Below are positions 39,087 through 49,726 of a DNA stretch of 64,000 nt, one piece after another. Below the pieces are notes generated by a model. That model saw only the letters and a list, made by a program, of their open reading frames with translations, had not been told where the DNA came from and searched no databases. Numbering within the stretch: the stretch's first letter is position 1; each line of letters opens with the position of its first letter. The translations under genes were made by a program, and so were the position numbers. The DNA comes from Acidobacteriota bacterium (GTDB taxonomy: Bacteria; Acidobacteriota; UBA890; WLXD01), in NCBI GenBank assembly GCA_965248695.1, contig CBDFKD010000002.1:2976001-3040000 (forward strand), written 5' to 3'.

Positions 39087-40205
39087 CTACGACTCAGCCT
39101 CCTCGGGAACCTCGACGATCAGCCGTAGCGTCGGATGAGTCTCGGGCGCGGTGATGGCGTTGAGGACCTCGAACTGCAGCTCGAAGCTCGACCGCTCCTC
39201 ACCGGTCACCTCGAGGGAAAGCTCGCCGTGCGCCGGCACGCGAAGTATCGATGGGTGCTTGGCGAAGCGATGGCCGTCGATGCTGCGCAGCTCGAATGCG
39301 GCATCCGATCGGTTGGCGAGCGTCAAACGGATGACGTCGTAGTTGTCTCGTCCGCTGACCTTCGCCACCGTCAACGAGGAGTGGATCAACGGCATCAACA
39401 TCTCCTCGCGGCCGATCAGGAAGTTGCCCATCCACGCCACGGTACGGTTCGACCGAAGCGCCTCCTGCACCGATTCGACGCTGCGCTCCTCGGCGAACAC
39501 CAGCGTCACGGTGCGATGGGCGCCATCGTGGATCGCGTATTCCCAGTCGATCAGACCATGGATATCGGAGACCCCGAGGATCGCCAGGTCGTTGTCCAGC
39601 GCGATCTGGAGCGTCTCGGCGGTATACCAGTACTCGTTGGCCACCTCGATGCCGTGGAGCATGCCGTCGGCGATGAGTTGCAAGTGCATATCGGCGATTC
39701 GTGCGACCCCGTACGAAGCCGTGTACGACGGATGGTTCCAGAAAACGAAGCCGCCCTGTTCGTTGGCTGCCCGGAACGCGTCCATGGGATCGTCGGCCAG
39801 CAGCGCGTTGGCGTCAGTGATGAACACGGCATTGACGTGGCCCAGGGGCAGGGCGCGCGTCACCTCGGCGCCGTTGACGACCATCAAATCGGAGCCCAGA
39901 GCCTCGTTGTGCTCGCTCGCAAGAACGAACGACCGGTTGCGGTCCGGATGCGGAATGTCCTCTGACTTGGGCTGATACTCCAGATGCTCGGTAACCGCGA
40001 CGAGGTCGAGCCCGTCGCGAATCGATTCCTGCACCCGGATTGGGGGCCACACCATGCCGTCCGAAAACACCGAGTGCGTATGCAGATCGATGACGAGCGT
40101 GTGGTATCCCGGCACGTTCGGGAACTCAATGGCACGCTCCTGAGCGAACGTCACGGCGCTGGTGAACAAAGCGGCCAGGGCGACAACAGTGCGCGCTCCG
40201 GTCAT
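39087..40205 (-). CDS. Secreted PHP-domain phosphoesterase
   Basis: DLHTHSVFSDG.VWP, TEH.EY.P, GH.NA, WNHP, SDIH. Confidence 0.85.
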   Translation of the reverse strand: MTGARTVVALAALFTSAVTFAQERAIEFPNVPGYHTLVIDLHTHSVFSDGMVWPPIRVQESIRDGLDLVAVTEHLEYQPKSEDIPHPDRNRSFVLASEHNEALGSDLMVVNGAEVTRALPLGHVNAVFITDANALLADDPMDAFRAANEQGGFVFWNHPSYTASYGVARIADMHLQLIADGMLHGIEVANEYWYTAETLQIALDNDLAILGVSDIHGLIDWEYAIHDGAHRTVTLVFAEERSVESVQEALRSNRTVAWMGNFLIGREEMLMPLIHSSLTVAKVSGRDNYDVIRLTLANRSDAAFELRSIDGHRFAKHPSILRVPAHGELSLEVTGEERSSFELQFEVLNAITAPETHPTLRLIVEVPEEAES

Positions 40206-40244
40206 CGAGGTCTCCTCGTTGCACCGGCAGGGCCGGTGTCGGTG

Positions 40245-40520
40245 TAGTGGCCTGTAACAGATGATCGTTGCCTATCGCAGATGGGATTTGCGGGTGAGAT
40301 CAAGGCGCGGCGACGCTGTCGATGCTAGGGACACCGTCGAGGAGCCGCAACGCCGAGATCGCCCGCAACTGCCCATCTGTCCACAGGATGGCGGCGAACT
40401 GGGCCCGCCTGCGGCGTTGCTCCTCCTCGATAATGGGCAAACATTGTCTCGTCGGATCGCCTGGCATCCGAGCCCATTTCGCCACCACGATAGGCAACGA
40501 TCATCTGTTACAGGCCACTA
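40245..40520 (+). mobile_element. MITE-like element, copy 1 (276 bp, 33-bp perfect TIRs)
   Basis: TAGTGGCCTGTAACAGATGATCGTTGCCTATCG ... CGATAGGCAACGATCATCTGTTACAGGCCACTA; second copy at 53282. Confidence 0.88.
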
Positions 40521-41627
40521 GTTGGTACGAAGCAGCTTATGGCAGAGCAGCTTGGAGAGATTCAACAACAGCTTGCCTGCCGCCACCGGATCCTCACCCA
40601 TGAGCTCGCGCAGGGCGCTTTCGCTCAGCGACAGCACACGTGTGCCGTCCTGGACGGCATAGACATCCGCCGATCTCGGGCTCTCGAGCAGAAACGCCAT
40701 CTCACCGACCACATCGCCCGAGGTGCAAACTGCGACAACGGTGTCGTCGACGCGGATCTCGAGCAGTCCGTCGAGCACCACGAACATGTTATGGGCAACG
40801 TTCCCTTGCTTGATCAGGTGGTCGCCCTGCCGACACTCGATGGTATTGCTCTTGGCGAGGCAGCGCTCCTCCTCGGCCGTTTCGAGGCCATCGAACAGGT
40901 GGATGGGATTCCGCGACAGCTCGAGTGCGCGGTCGACATCGCCCCAGTAGCGCTCCTTGCTGGTGAGCGCAGCGCTCACCACCGCGCCGTGGTTGGCGAG
41001 CAGATCAGCGAGGCACGCGGGCAGGCGGGATTCGGCACCGAAGTCAGGCAGGATAGGGACCAGGCTCGACCCGATCGTGCGCATGTACTCGAGATCCTCT
41101 GGAACCATCACCAGGGGAATCAGATACCCGGTTTCCGGGCTGTTGACGTTCGTACTCGAGTAGGTACGGAACCCCATTCCCATGTAGAGGTTCAACAGGT
41201 GGGGCTCGCAGTCTCCGAACATCAGCTGAATTCGCCGGTCGGCAACGAACTCGAGGTAACGCCTGAACATACGGAAGACGAGGTCGGTTCCACGCTGCTC
41301 CGTGGTCACCATGAAGCGCTCACCGACAACGATCTGCTGGCGGGGGATCTGCTCCAGGAACGGCGCGAGCCCATACTGCTCGACGTGCCGATCGCTGAAG
41401 TGCGCGTCCGCGCCCCAGGTGAGCCGCATCGTACCGACGGTGCCGCCGCAATCATCGCGGGCGTAGTAGAGACGGCTCGCGGCGTCGTCAGGCTCGATCA
41501 GCAGCCGGTTCTCATGGTCGGCGATTGAGCCGTAGCGGTTCATCTCCTGCACGTAGACATCGTAGCGCAGGCGATAGACGGCCTTGTGCTCAGCCTCGGT
41601 CTGGGCACGACCGATCTCAGGCTTCAT
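40518..41627 (-). CDS. GNAT-like (AHL synthase/FeeM-like) domain fused to a cyclic-nucleotide-binding domain
   Basis: VYRLRYDVYV.E, GT.RL, LY..MGF; C-terminal GD.VGEMAFL...PRSADV. Confidence 0.78.
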   Translation of the reverse strand: MKPEIGRAQTEAEHKAVYRLRYDVYVQEMNRYGSIADHENRLLIEPDDAASRLYYARDDCGGTVGTMRLTWGADAHFSDRHVEQYGLAPFLEQIPRQQIVVGERFMVTTEQRGTDLVFRMFRRYLEFVADRRIQLMFGDCEPHLLNLYMGMGFRTYSSTNVNSPETGYLIPLVMVPEDLEYMRTIGSSLVPILPDFGAESRLPACLADLLANHGAVVSAALTSKERYWGDVDRALELSRNPIHLFDGLETAEEERCLAKSNTIECRQGDHLIKQGNVAHNMFVVLDGLLEIRVDDTVVAVCTSGDVVGEMAFLLESPRSADVYAVQDGTRVLSLSESALRELMGEDPVAAGKLLLNLSKLLCHKLLRTN

Positions 41628-41713
41628 GGGTCGAGTCCTGCAGCACGGCGAGGATCGGGATCGGAGCTCGTCTTCCGGATCGCGATCCTAGCCCAGCGCG
41701 GCGGCAGTATCGA

Positions 41714-42451
41714 CTATGGCAGGTGGTCGTGAGCCATGTCCGGAACGTTGTAAGGCACCGGGATGACCTGCTCGGCAAGGCGGAGCTTGAGTAGCTGCAG
41801 CAGCGTTACGTCGATCGGATCGAGCTCCGCCAGCAGCTGCCCTGGAAGCTCGCTGCGTTGCGGCGCCCACGCGTCGTCCTCGCGCGCCAGATCTTGCACT
41901 TGCAGGGCGACGGCGTCGCCGACCGTGATCGGCAACTGGTCGAAGTGCCGCCCGCGAACCACGACCGCGCCGGCGGCAGCGTCGCCGATCGATTCGAGCT
42001 CCATGCGCTCTGGCTCGACCGACACCACGCGCAGGCCCGTCACCACGACTTCAAGGCGCGAACGCGGGCGGCCACCAGCGGCAATCTCAACCAGCGTGAC
42101 TTCCTGTGCGGTACGAACGATATCCAGCCAGGCCTCCCGACTACCGCGGTGATCTAGCAACTGCCCCTCGGCAACCATCCCCTCGAGCTCCCAGTCGGGC
42201 TCCACATACCGGAACTGGAAGCGTAGCGGCTCGTCACTGACGTCGGCGTCCACCAGGGCGACCCCGTTGTCCGACGTGGAGTCGACAACGGTGCTCTCGG
42301 CACCCGGCAACCAGCCATCAATCGCGGCGCTGGCCACCGCAGGTGGAATTGGCGGGGTACTCGGGCCGCAGGCCGAAGCGGCAAGCAATGCTGCCGCCGC
42401 TGCGCACACCCTGGTACGCCGCACGTTCTTCCTCAGCAACTCGCGGTTCAT
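41714..42451 (-). CDS. Hypothetical lipoprotein
   Basis: Lipobox AASAC after a basic N-terminus; no recognised domain. Confidence 0.55.
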   Translation of the reverse strand: MNRELLRKNVRRTRVCAAAAALLAASACGPSTPPIPPAVASAAIDGWLPGAESTVVDSTSDNGVALVDADVSDEPLRFQFRYVEPDWELEGMVAEGQLLDHRGSREAWLDIVRTAQEVTLVEIAAGGRPRSRLEVVVTGLRVVSVEPERMELESIGDAAAGAVVVRGRHFDQLPITVGDAVALQVQDLAREDDAWAPQRSELPGQLLAELDPIDVTLLQLLKLRLAEQVIPVPYNVPDMAHDHLP

Positions 42452-42486
42452 GTCCTACCCTCGTGCGGGGTCATGAGTGGGCATGA

Positions 42487-42518
42487 GAAAACCCCCGCGG
42501 GGCTCGCCCGCGGGGGTT
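42487..42518 (-). terminator. Rho-independent terminator
   Basis: AACCCCCGCGGG-loop-CCCGCGGGGGTT hairpin ending in a T run on the minus strand, just after the 42544 stop. Confidence 0.75.
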
Positions 42519-42543
42519 AACCCTGCGTAACTCGGGTCTCGGT

Positions 42544-42903
42544 CTAGCTGGCGCTGACGTGCTCGACGCTCGTGACCTTCATGGCCTTGAGGCCATCGCG
42601 CTCCATCATCGTGCCGGTGATCTTGACCTGATGCGCTGCGTGGTTGCTCAGCGACTTGAAGGCGTCCATCTCGGACCGGTCCGGCATCAGCACGAGCACC
42701 TGACCGTCTTCCGTCAGCAGGGAGGCGGGCACGCCCATCTCCAGGCACATCTCGGTGCAGCCGGCCTCTTCGGGGCCATGGGCGCCGGCGGCGTAGCAGG
42801 CCGTGTCGATCACCCTACCGGCGACGGTCTCCTGCATCGGCGCGGCAACCGCGACCGAGGCGACAACCATGACCAGCGCTAGAGCTGAAGCTACTCGCTT
42901 CAT
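42544..42903 (-). CDS. Small periplasmic Cys/His-containing hypothetical protein
   Basis: CAGGAG RBS, signal peptide, G.VID..CY...H...C...C..G.P pattern. Confidence 0.75.
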   Translation of the reverse strand: MKRVASALALVMVVASVAVAAPMQETVAGRVIDTACYAAGAHGPEEAGCTEMCLEMGVPASLLTEDGQVLVLMPDRSEMDAFKSLSNHAAHQVKITGTMMERDGLKAMKVTSVEHVSAS

Positions 42904-43106
42904 AAGAAGATACTCCTGAGTCGAAGGAATCTTGTTGGGGACGCGGTATTTCCAGGCTAGCAACGGGGGGAGGAACGAGTGTCACGCTCCCGACCAACCG
43001 CGTGACCTAGCATACAGAAGCAGTCACGATTCACCAGGGGCTGGTGGATTCTCGCGACCATGCGGTCGTTCACCCGGTCGCCAAGCGACCGGGTTCCCCT
43101 GCTCGG

Positions 43107-45035
43107 CTACTGGTCGCTTTCTGGCGCCGACGCAGGTGCCGACGTGATCTCTACGGGCACCCAGTTGACGTAGCCGATCATCATCTCGTCGAAGGTCTGC
43201 TCGCCCCAGCCGACTTCGTCGGTCGGGTCGGGGTTGGCCGGGTTGTTGGCGCTGTTGTCATACCAGGCAGTGGCCCGCAGGATGGTGCCAGCCGCTACCG
43301 GGCGGGGTGTGCGGAGCTCGTAGTTCAGCTGCCAGTTGAAATCGTAGCGCGGTATCGAAAGCAGCTCCTCGACCTCGCCTTCAGGAGAGACGAGCTCGTA
43401 GCGAAACGCGACGCCGCGGACATGCGTGTGCGGCAGCAGCGACAGCAGCACCGAAGCATCTTCGAATGTGTGCTCCGCGACGACCTCGTGGCGTTCTGCA
43501 CCGGGTGGAATCACGAAGCGCGTGTTGAGCGCCGAGCTCGTCTGAACCTCGGTATGCGCCGGCTCGTCGGCGAAGTGGAGTCCGATCCGGGTCTCATCGA
43601 CCCACGGGCGTCCGTTGGGCGTGTAGTGGAGTTGCACCTTGAGCCATGCGCCGGCGGGTAGCAGCTTGCCGAACCCGTCCGGGTATCGGAGGCCGTCCTG
43701 CCCGGGAACGCTGCTGGCGAAGTAGCTGCGTGCGCCACCCTGGAGCACGCGCTCGGCGTCCGGATCCCCCTCCAGCGCCCGCGCCCGGATGTCCGGGTGC
43801 TCGACGAACAGCAGCGCGTGATGCAGGACCTCGGGAGCGCCAGGGAGAATCTCCACCGCCTGCAGCCAGCGATCCTCGGCGAAGTCCGTCTTGATGTACT
43901 GGTACTGGTAGTCGACTACGCCTTCTCTCGGGACATTGAAAGGCTCGGGAATCGGCAGCTCGGCGTCAGGCTTTCCCAGCGTCCAGCCCTTGGTCCAGCG
44001 AATCGGCATCGGCGCCTCGGCCGGATCACCTTCCGGTGTATCGGCGGCCAGCCACTGGTTGAACGATGCCATCTCCTCGTCGGTGAGCGAAGGATCGTTG
44101 GCCCACTCCTCGTGCCCCTCGGCGAACCAGGGCGGCATGAGGCCGTCAGCAAGCACCCACTCGATCATGTCCTTGCGCCGTACGACGTCCTGATAGTCGA
44201 CCATCGGGAACGGCCCCGCGGCGCCCTCGCGATGGCAGCGCTGACAGCGCGCCTGGACGATGCGGCTTACCCGGTTGTGCCACGTCGGGGCCGCGGCGGC
44301 CACGTCAGCGGCTTCGTCCGGCGCCAGGTAGCAGCCCGGGGCCAGCGTGGCGCGTACGACCGGAAGCGATGCTGAGGCGGTCGCCTCGAGCGCCCCCCGC
44401 AAGTACTCCTGTCCAGCAGCTGGCTTCGTATAGCCGAGCCCGTACTGATCGTCCACCGCCCCGCGGTACATGAGGGTGCGCGCCGCATCCAGCACGAAGA
44501 CCTCGGTCGACGTGACCGCGCCCAATGCCGCAGCGATGCGACCTTCGGGGTCGATAACGTACTCGCCGTCGAAGCCGTACCACTCGATTTCCTGTAGGCC
44601 CTCCGCGGCCGTGCCGTAGGGCATCGGGTCGACATACAGGAAGTCGAAGCCCTGCGGATCGAACTCCGTTTCCATTGCCGCAAGCCGGGGCCCGTACTTC
44701 TTCGACAACGGGCAGCCAGGATCGCGCATGGCGATAACCAGACCTCGCGAACCGGTCAGCTCGGTGAGCCGGACGGCACGCCCCCCGAGTGTGCGCACCT
44801 CGAGGTCCGCAATCAGCTCGCCGACGCGTGGTGCGTCATTACCCAGGACTACGGGCCCGCCGCGATATTGCAAGGCGTGTCCCGCCACCTTTGGCGCAGT
44901 GGCGTTCTGCGCCACCGCGGGCTGCGCCTGGGCCGAGTCGAATGCGATAGCCAACACCGCGGGCGCCAGAAGCAGCCCCCCGAGCGATAGCGCTCGAGTC
45001 GTCGTGCGGTTGCGATGCGAGGTTGTCAGCTTCAT
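43107..45035 (-). CDS. Redoxin + c-type heme + copper type II monooxygenase-like multidomain protein
   Basis: CPLS...YRGAVDDQY...GC; CQRCH, MPPW; VLHH, QLHY.P.G, PHTH.RG, YDFNWQ, EMM. Confidence 0.85.
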   Translation of the reverse strand: MKLTTSHRNRTTTRALSLGGLLLAPAVLAIAFDSAQAQPAVAQNATAPKVAGHALQYRGGPVVLGNDAPRVGELIADLEVRTLGGRAVRLTELTGSRGLVIAMRDPGCPLSKKYGPRLAAMETEFDPQGFDFLYVDPMPYGTAAEGLQEIEWYGFDGEYVIDPEGRIAAALGAVTSTEVFVLDAARTLMYRGAVDDQYGLGYTKPAAGQEYLRGALEATASASLPVVRATLAPGCYLAPDEAADVAAAAPTWHNRVSRIVQARCQRCHREGAAGPFPMVDYQDVVRRKDMIEWVLADGLMPPWFAEGHEEWANDPSLTDEEMASFNQWLAADTPEGDPAEAPMPIRWTKGWTLGKPDAELPIPEPFNVPREGVVDYQYQYIKTDFAEDRWLQAVEILPGAPEVLHHALLFVEHPDIRARALEGDPDAERVLQGGARSYFASSVPGQDGLRYPDGFGKLLPAGAWLKVQLHYTPNGRPWVDETRIGLHFADEPAHTEVQTSSALNTRFVIPPGAERHEVVAEHTFEDASVLLSLLPHTHVRGVAFRYELVSPEGEVEELLSIPRYDFNWQLNYELRTPRPVAAGTILRATAWYDNSANNPANPDPTDEVGWGEQTFDEMMIGYVNWVPVEITSAPASAPESDQ

Positions 45036-45130
45036 TCGTCCTTGTCCGTCCGCAAGGGCGCCCGAGCGGCGCCGAGAGTCAGGTGAAATAGTATGTCGCC
45101 GGCACCGGGGGAACCACACGAGTGCCGCAG

Positions 45131-45958
45131 CTAGCCACCCGCGATGGCAGAAATTCGCACGCCTCCGACCGCCCCCGACGCAAACAGATCGGCGACCACC
45201 CGGTAGAAGTGCTCGAGGCCGTCGACGATCTCGGGACCGTGGATTTCGACGTTGCGGGCTCGGGCGGCACCGAACGAGTGCGCCCGCTCCGCTGTGAACG
45301 TCGTCCACGGCGCGGACATGTCCTGCACGGCAATATCGGTGAAATGCGCCGCCCGCAGCTGCTCACGGTACTCCTCCGGTGACGGTAGATACGGGCACTG
45401 AACCTCCTGCCGAAGGTCGCGCCATTGTTCCGCGCCGGGCTCCCGGAGCTTCGTGTAGTCCTCTATCCAAAGGTGCCCACCGGGTTCCAACAGCCTGCGG
45501 CAGACGCCCAACAAGCGCCGCCGCTCGGGAATGTGCAGGAACACAAGAAGCGACAGCAGCACGTCGAAGGTGCCGCTGTACAGATCGCTCTCGTCCTCTT
45601 CAGCAAGCACGTCGCCGACACGATGCAGCACCCGATCGGCGAGGCCGCAGCGGCGCGTCAGGTCTTTGCCCAGTCGATGCAGATCCGGCTGCAGCTCGAG
45701 CGCAGTGACCTTGCAGCCCGTGCGCTGGGCAACGTAGCGCGCCGGGCCACCGATACCCGAGCCGACATCGAGCACGCGACTGTCGGGGGCCAACGTGAGC
45801 TCCTCGATCGCCGCATCGAGTGCCTCGACACCGTGGTAGTGGTACTGATCATGCGCGGTGAGATCGTCGACCTCGAGCGGCGCGCCGTCGACGATACCGT
45901 CGGCCTCGAGCTCGGCGTAGATTCGCTCGACGTGATCGTAGAGCTTCATCTCCTTCAT
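45131..45958 (-). CDS. SAM-dependent methyltransferase (sarcosine/dimethylglycine N-methyltransferase-like)
   Basis: DQYHY.G, VLDVGSGIGGPAR, L.PGG...IED. Confidence 0.8.
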   Translation of the reverse strand: MKEMKLYDHVERIYAELEADGIVDGAPLEVDDLTAHDQYHYHGVEALDAAIEELTLAPDSRVLDVGSGIGGPARYVAQRTGCKVTALELQPDLHRLGKDLTRRCGLADRVLHRVGDVLAEEDESDLYSGTFDVLLSLLVFLHIPERRRLLGVCRRLLEPGGHLWIEDYTKLREPGAEQWRDLRQEVQCPYLPSPEEYREQLRAAHFTDIAVQDMSAPWTTFTAERAHSFGAARARNVEIHGPEIVDGLEHFYRVVADLFASGAVGGVRISAIAGG

Positions 45959-45975
45959 CCGAGCATCTCGCGCCG

Positions 45976-47448
45976 TCAGCGCACACGCTCAAACCGCAGT
46001 CCGCTGACGCGGCCGCCATCCAGCGTAAATCGGGTCGCCCGGCCGCTGTCGGAAGGCTCGAACGTCACTGTCAGACGCGGCGCCTCGAACACACCCTGCC
46101 CAGCAGCTCGCAACGGCAGCGGCTCCATACCCGGGATGGTGAGCACGAGATCTCCCGCCGCCGAGCCGACACCGTAGGTGGAGTCGACCTCGCTGCCGTA
46201 GAAGCTACCGACGTAACCGGCGAGCTCGGCAGCAGTCAGCTGCACGCTCGTCCCGGGCTCGTCGGTCGCCGTCTGGGCCCCACGCGACGGGAGCTGCAAC
46301 GGTGCGAGCTCTGGCACCAGCGGCCGCAGGTAGACGTCGGCGATCTCCAGAGCCAGGCGCACGGCGTTGGCAGTGCCGCCGTTCACTGCCGTGAACACCG
46401 CCAGCCCCTGGTCGGGATACCGTACCGTGTGCGCCGTGAAGGCGGCGAAGCCACCAGAATGATGCACGCGCCGCAGCCCGCGGTCATCGTCGAACGTCAG
46501 GCCAAACGCATAGCTCAGCTCGGTGCCATCGTTGAGTGTCCCGCGCTCGCCCATGCGCCCAATGAGCTCCGCATCGCCGCCGTCCAGGTGCGCGAACCAA
46601 TGGCGCATGTCCACCGCGGTGGTAAAGATACCGCCGGCGCCGACGAAATCTCGCTGTGAAAGGTAGAGCCGCCACCAGCCGTCGCCCTCGCCGGCGCGCA
46701 CATAGCCGTAGGCGCGCTCGGGCACAACGGCGCCGTGATCGTCCTTGAACAGCGAGCTGGTCATCCCCAGAGGCTCGAAGATCTCGGCGCGGGCAAACTC
46801 GGCCAGCGTCTTGCCGCTGACGCGCTCCACCAGCACTCCCATCAGGAAGTACCCCGAATTGCTGTAGAGGAATCGCTCCCCTGGCGGGAAGTTCAGGCCG
46901 CGCTGGCGCGCCAGCAGTGCGAACGTCGCATCGGCGGTCGCCAGCTGATCGGATCGGTAACCGGCATAGCGCGCCAGCTCGTTGTAGTCGCGCAGCCCGC
47001 TGGTGTGATGCACCAGGTGGCGGATGGTCACTACCCCCTCCGGATAGCTCGGGATCTCCGGCAAGTGCTTGCGGATGTCGTCGTCCAGATGCAGCTCCCC
47101 ACGCCCGGCAAGAATCGCGATCGCCATCGCCGCGAACTGCTTGGATACCGAGCCCACCCGAAACACCGTCGACGGGGTGTTGGGGATCCCGTACTCCAGA
47201 TTCGCCAGCCCGTAGCCGCGCGCGTAGACGAGATCGCGGTCCAGGTAGACGCCGAGTACACCACCGGGCCCGTCGTCCAGATCGAGGGGCTCCACCAGCG
47301 CGTCGACGGCGGCCGATCGTGCGTCGTTGGCCCCGAATCGGACGGCTGTCGTCCCAGGCCTCGATTCGGCAACGACGCCACAGCCGACGGCTGCGGTCAC
47401 CAGAACGACGATGGCGAGCAGAGGGCATCTGCGGCGAGGTTCGCGCAT
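45976..47448 (-). CDS. Serine hydrolase, beta-lactamase class C-like lipoprotein
   Basis: F.VGSVSK, L.HHTSGL, YSNSGY, HSGG. Confidence 0.9.
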   Translation of the reverse strand: MREPRRRCPLLAIVVLVTAAVGCGVVAESRPGTTAVRFGANDARSAAVDALVEPLDLDDGPGGVLGVYLDRDLVYARGYGLANLEYGIPNTPSTVFRVGSVSKQFAAMAIAILAGRGELHLDDDIRKHLPEIPSYPEGVVTIRHLVHHTSGLRDYNELARYAGYRSDQLATADATFALLARQRGLNFPPGERFLYSNSGYFLMGVLVERVSGKTLAEFARAEIFEPLGMTSSLFKDDHGAVVPERAYGYVRAGEGDGWWRLYLSQRDFVGAGGIFTTAVDMRHWFAHLDGGDAELIGRMGERGTLNDGTELSYAFGLTFDDDRGLRRVHHSGGFAAFTAHTVRYPDQGLAVFTAVNGGTANAVRLALEIADVYLRPLVPELAPLQLPSRGAQTATDEPGTSVQLTAAELAGYVGSFYGSEVDSTYGVGSAAGDLVLTIPGMEPLPLRAAGQGVFEAPRLTVTFEPSDSGRATRFTLDGGRVSGLRFERVR

Positions 47449-47540
47449 TGGTCCAAAATCCTCCGAGCTCTGGGAATGCGCGCGCCGCGAAGAATCCCGT
47501 CGCGAAGCCGGCCACATCAGTGCCTCTCGACGGTGGTGCC

Positions 47541-49616
47541 TCATCCGCCGAAGTCCGCGAATCCCTTGCCGTCGGCCACGAGTTGTTCGAGCAATGCCGA
47601 CGGATGCCAAAAACCGTCCTGATCCTGCTGCTCGAAGCGCTTCAGCGCATCGAGCAGCGTCGGCAACCCGACGGCGTCGGCGTAGAACATCGGGCCACCG
47701 CGATAAACCGGCCAGCCGTAACCGCACACCCATGCCACGTCGATGTCGCTTGACCGTGAGCTGATGCCTTCCTCGAGGATCTTGGCGCCCTCGTTGATCA
47801 TCGGATAGATGCTGCGCTGCAGGGTCTCCTCGTCGCTGATTTCGCGACGCGTCGCGCCGGTGGTCTCAGCGAGCTCCAAGATGAGCTTCTCCACCTCCGG
47901 ATCGGGGCTGCCGCCGCGCGTCTCCGGGTCGTATTTGTAGTATCCGGCGCCGGTCTTCTGGCCGCGCCGTCCCCTCTCGCACAGGCGGTCGCGAAGCGTC
48001 TTGCCCTCCGCTGCCTCGCCATCCCAGTGGATGTCGAGACCGGCCAGATCTGCCATCGCGAACGGCCCCATCGGCATGCCGAAGTCGTAGTTGACCCGAT
48101 CGATGTCCCACGGCATCGGCCCCTCGAGCACCATCCGGTCGACCTGCGCGCTGCGCTGAAAGAGCATGCGATTGCCGATGAATCCCGGGCACACGCCCGA
48201 GACGACCGCCACCTTGCGGATTTTCTTGGCGAGCGCCATCACGGTGGCCATGACTTCCTTGGAGGTCTGGCCGGCACGCACGACCTCGAGCAACCGCATG
48301 ACGTTGGCCGGGCTGAAGAAGTGCAAGCCCACCACCATCTCTGGCCGCCCGGTTACCGCCGCGATCTCATTGACGTCGAGCGCCGAGGTGTTGGTGGCCA
48401 GGATGGCGCCGTCCTTGACGATGCCGTCGAGCTTGGTGAATACCTCCAACTTGAGATCCATGTTCTCGAAAACGGCTTCGATGACGAGATCGCAGTCGGC
48501 GACATCATCGAGCGACAGCGTCGGCGCCAGCAGGCCCATGCGCTCGTCGACCTGCTCGGCGGTCATCCGACCGCGCTTGGCGCTGCGCTCGTAGTTGCTC
48601 CGCACGACGCCGAGACCACGGTTGAGCGCTTCCTGGCCCGCCTCGACGATGGTGACCGGTGTTCCGGTGTTGAGGAAGTTCATCGCAATGCCGCCGCCCA
48701 TGGTCCCGGCCCCGATGATTCCAACCGTAGTGATCGGAATCTTCGGCGTGTCCTTGGGAATATCGGGGATCTTGCTCGCGGCGCGCTCGGCGAAGAAGTA
48801 GTGGCGCTGCGCCGCGGATTTGTCGCCGTACATCAGCTCGTCAAACCGCTCGCGCTCGATCCGAAGGGCCTCGTCGAAGGGCTTCGACAGCGCGTCCTCG
48901 ACGCAGCGGACCACCGCCTCGGGAGCGTCGAAGCCGCGTGTCTTGCGAGCAATCGACTTGCGGAACCGGTCGAAGAGCTCCGGCTCCTGTCGAGCTTCGT
49001 CGAGCCTGTGGTCGAGGTCGCGTACCAGCGGCAGCTCCGCGCCGGTCTCGATGACCTTACGGGTGAACGCCAGGCCACCTTCCAGAACGTCGTCGACGAT
49101 CTCGTCGATGAGCCCGTGCTCCAGCGCGAAGTCGGCGCGTACCATGCGGCCCGAGACCATCATATCCAGGCCCCTCTCCACGCCCACCAGCCGCGGTAAT
49201 CTCTGTGTGCCGCCAGCCCCCGGGATGAGCCCGAGATGCACCTCTGGCTGGCCGAACCGCGCGGTGGGCACCGCCACGCGGTAGTGGCAGCACATCGCGG
49301 TCTCCAGGCCACCACCGAGCGCGGTGCCGTGGATCGACGAGATGACCGGCTTGGAAGCGCCCTCGATGACCATCTGCACGTCAAAGAGCGAGGTCCCCTC
49401 GATCGGCTTGCCAAACTCGCGGATATCGGCACCGGCGATGTACGTGCGCCCCTCGCAGACGATGAGAATCGCCGCGGCCGTATCGTCGGCGTCGGCGGCC
49501 GATACCGCCGCGTGCAGCCCGTCGCGGACCCCGCGGCTGAGGGCGTTTACCGGCGGGTTGTCGATATGGACAACCGCGATCCCGTCTTCAACTTGCATCT
49601 GCACCAGGTCGCTCAT
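47541..49616 (-). CDS. Enoyl-CoA hydratase / 3-hydroxyacyl-CoA dehydrogenase bifunctional enzyme
   Basis: [36 protein letters not shown]; [16 protein letters not shown]. Confidence 0.95.
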   Translation of the reverse strand: MSDLVQMQVEDGIAVVHIDNPPVNALSRGVRDGLHAAVSAADADDTAAAILIVCEGRTYIAGADIREFGKPIEGTSLFDVQMVIEGASKPVISSIHGTALGGGLETAMCCHYRVAVPTARFGQPEVHLGLIPGAGGTQRLPRLVGVERGLDMMVSGRMVRADFALEHGLIDEIVDDVLEGGLAFTRKVIETGAELPLVRDLDHRLDEARQEPELFDRFRKSIARKTRGFDAPEAVVRCVEDALSKPFDEALRIERERFDELMYGDKSAAQRHYFFAERAASKIPDIPKDTPKIPITTVGIIGAGTMGGGIAMNFLNTGTPVTIVEAGQEALNRGLGVVRSNYERSAKRGRMTAEQVDERMGLLAPTLSLDDVADCDLVIEAVFENMDLKLEVFTKLDGIVKDGAILATNTSALDVNEIAAVTGRPEMVVGLHFFSPANVMRLLEVVRAGQTSKEVMATVMALAKKIRKVAVVSGVCPGFIGNRMLFQRSAQVDRMVLEGPMPWDIDRVNYDFGMPMGPFAMADLAGLDIHWDGEAAEGKTLRDRLCERGRRGQKTGAGYYKYDPETRGGSPDPEVEKLILELAETTGATRREISDEETLQRSIYPMINEGAKILEEGISSRSSDIDVAWVCGYGWPVYRGGPMFYADAVGLPTLLDALKRFEQQDQDGFWHPSALLEQLVADGKGFADFGG

Positions 49617-49726
49617 CTTGCCGATAGCTCCAGCATTGGATTCGTGCTAACACCTCAGGCTCGAAGAGCTTATACAGACCGACTGATCGGTGCCCGACGG
49701 CACCGACCCGGACGCAGGAGTGGAAG

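Noticed and set aside
40261-40521. 86-aa ORF repeated at 53281..53541, plus 65-aa antisense ORFs
   Set aside because: They lie wholly inside the MITE, with starts (and for the 86-aa ORFs the stops) in the TIRs; no transposase or other motif
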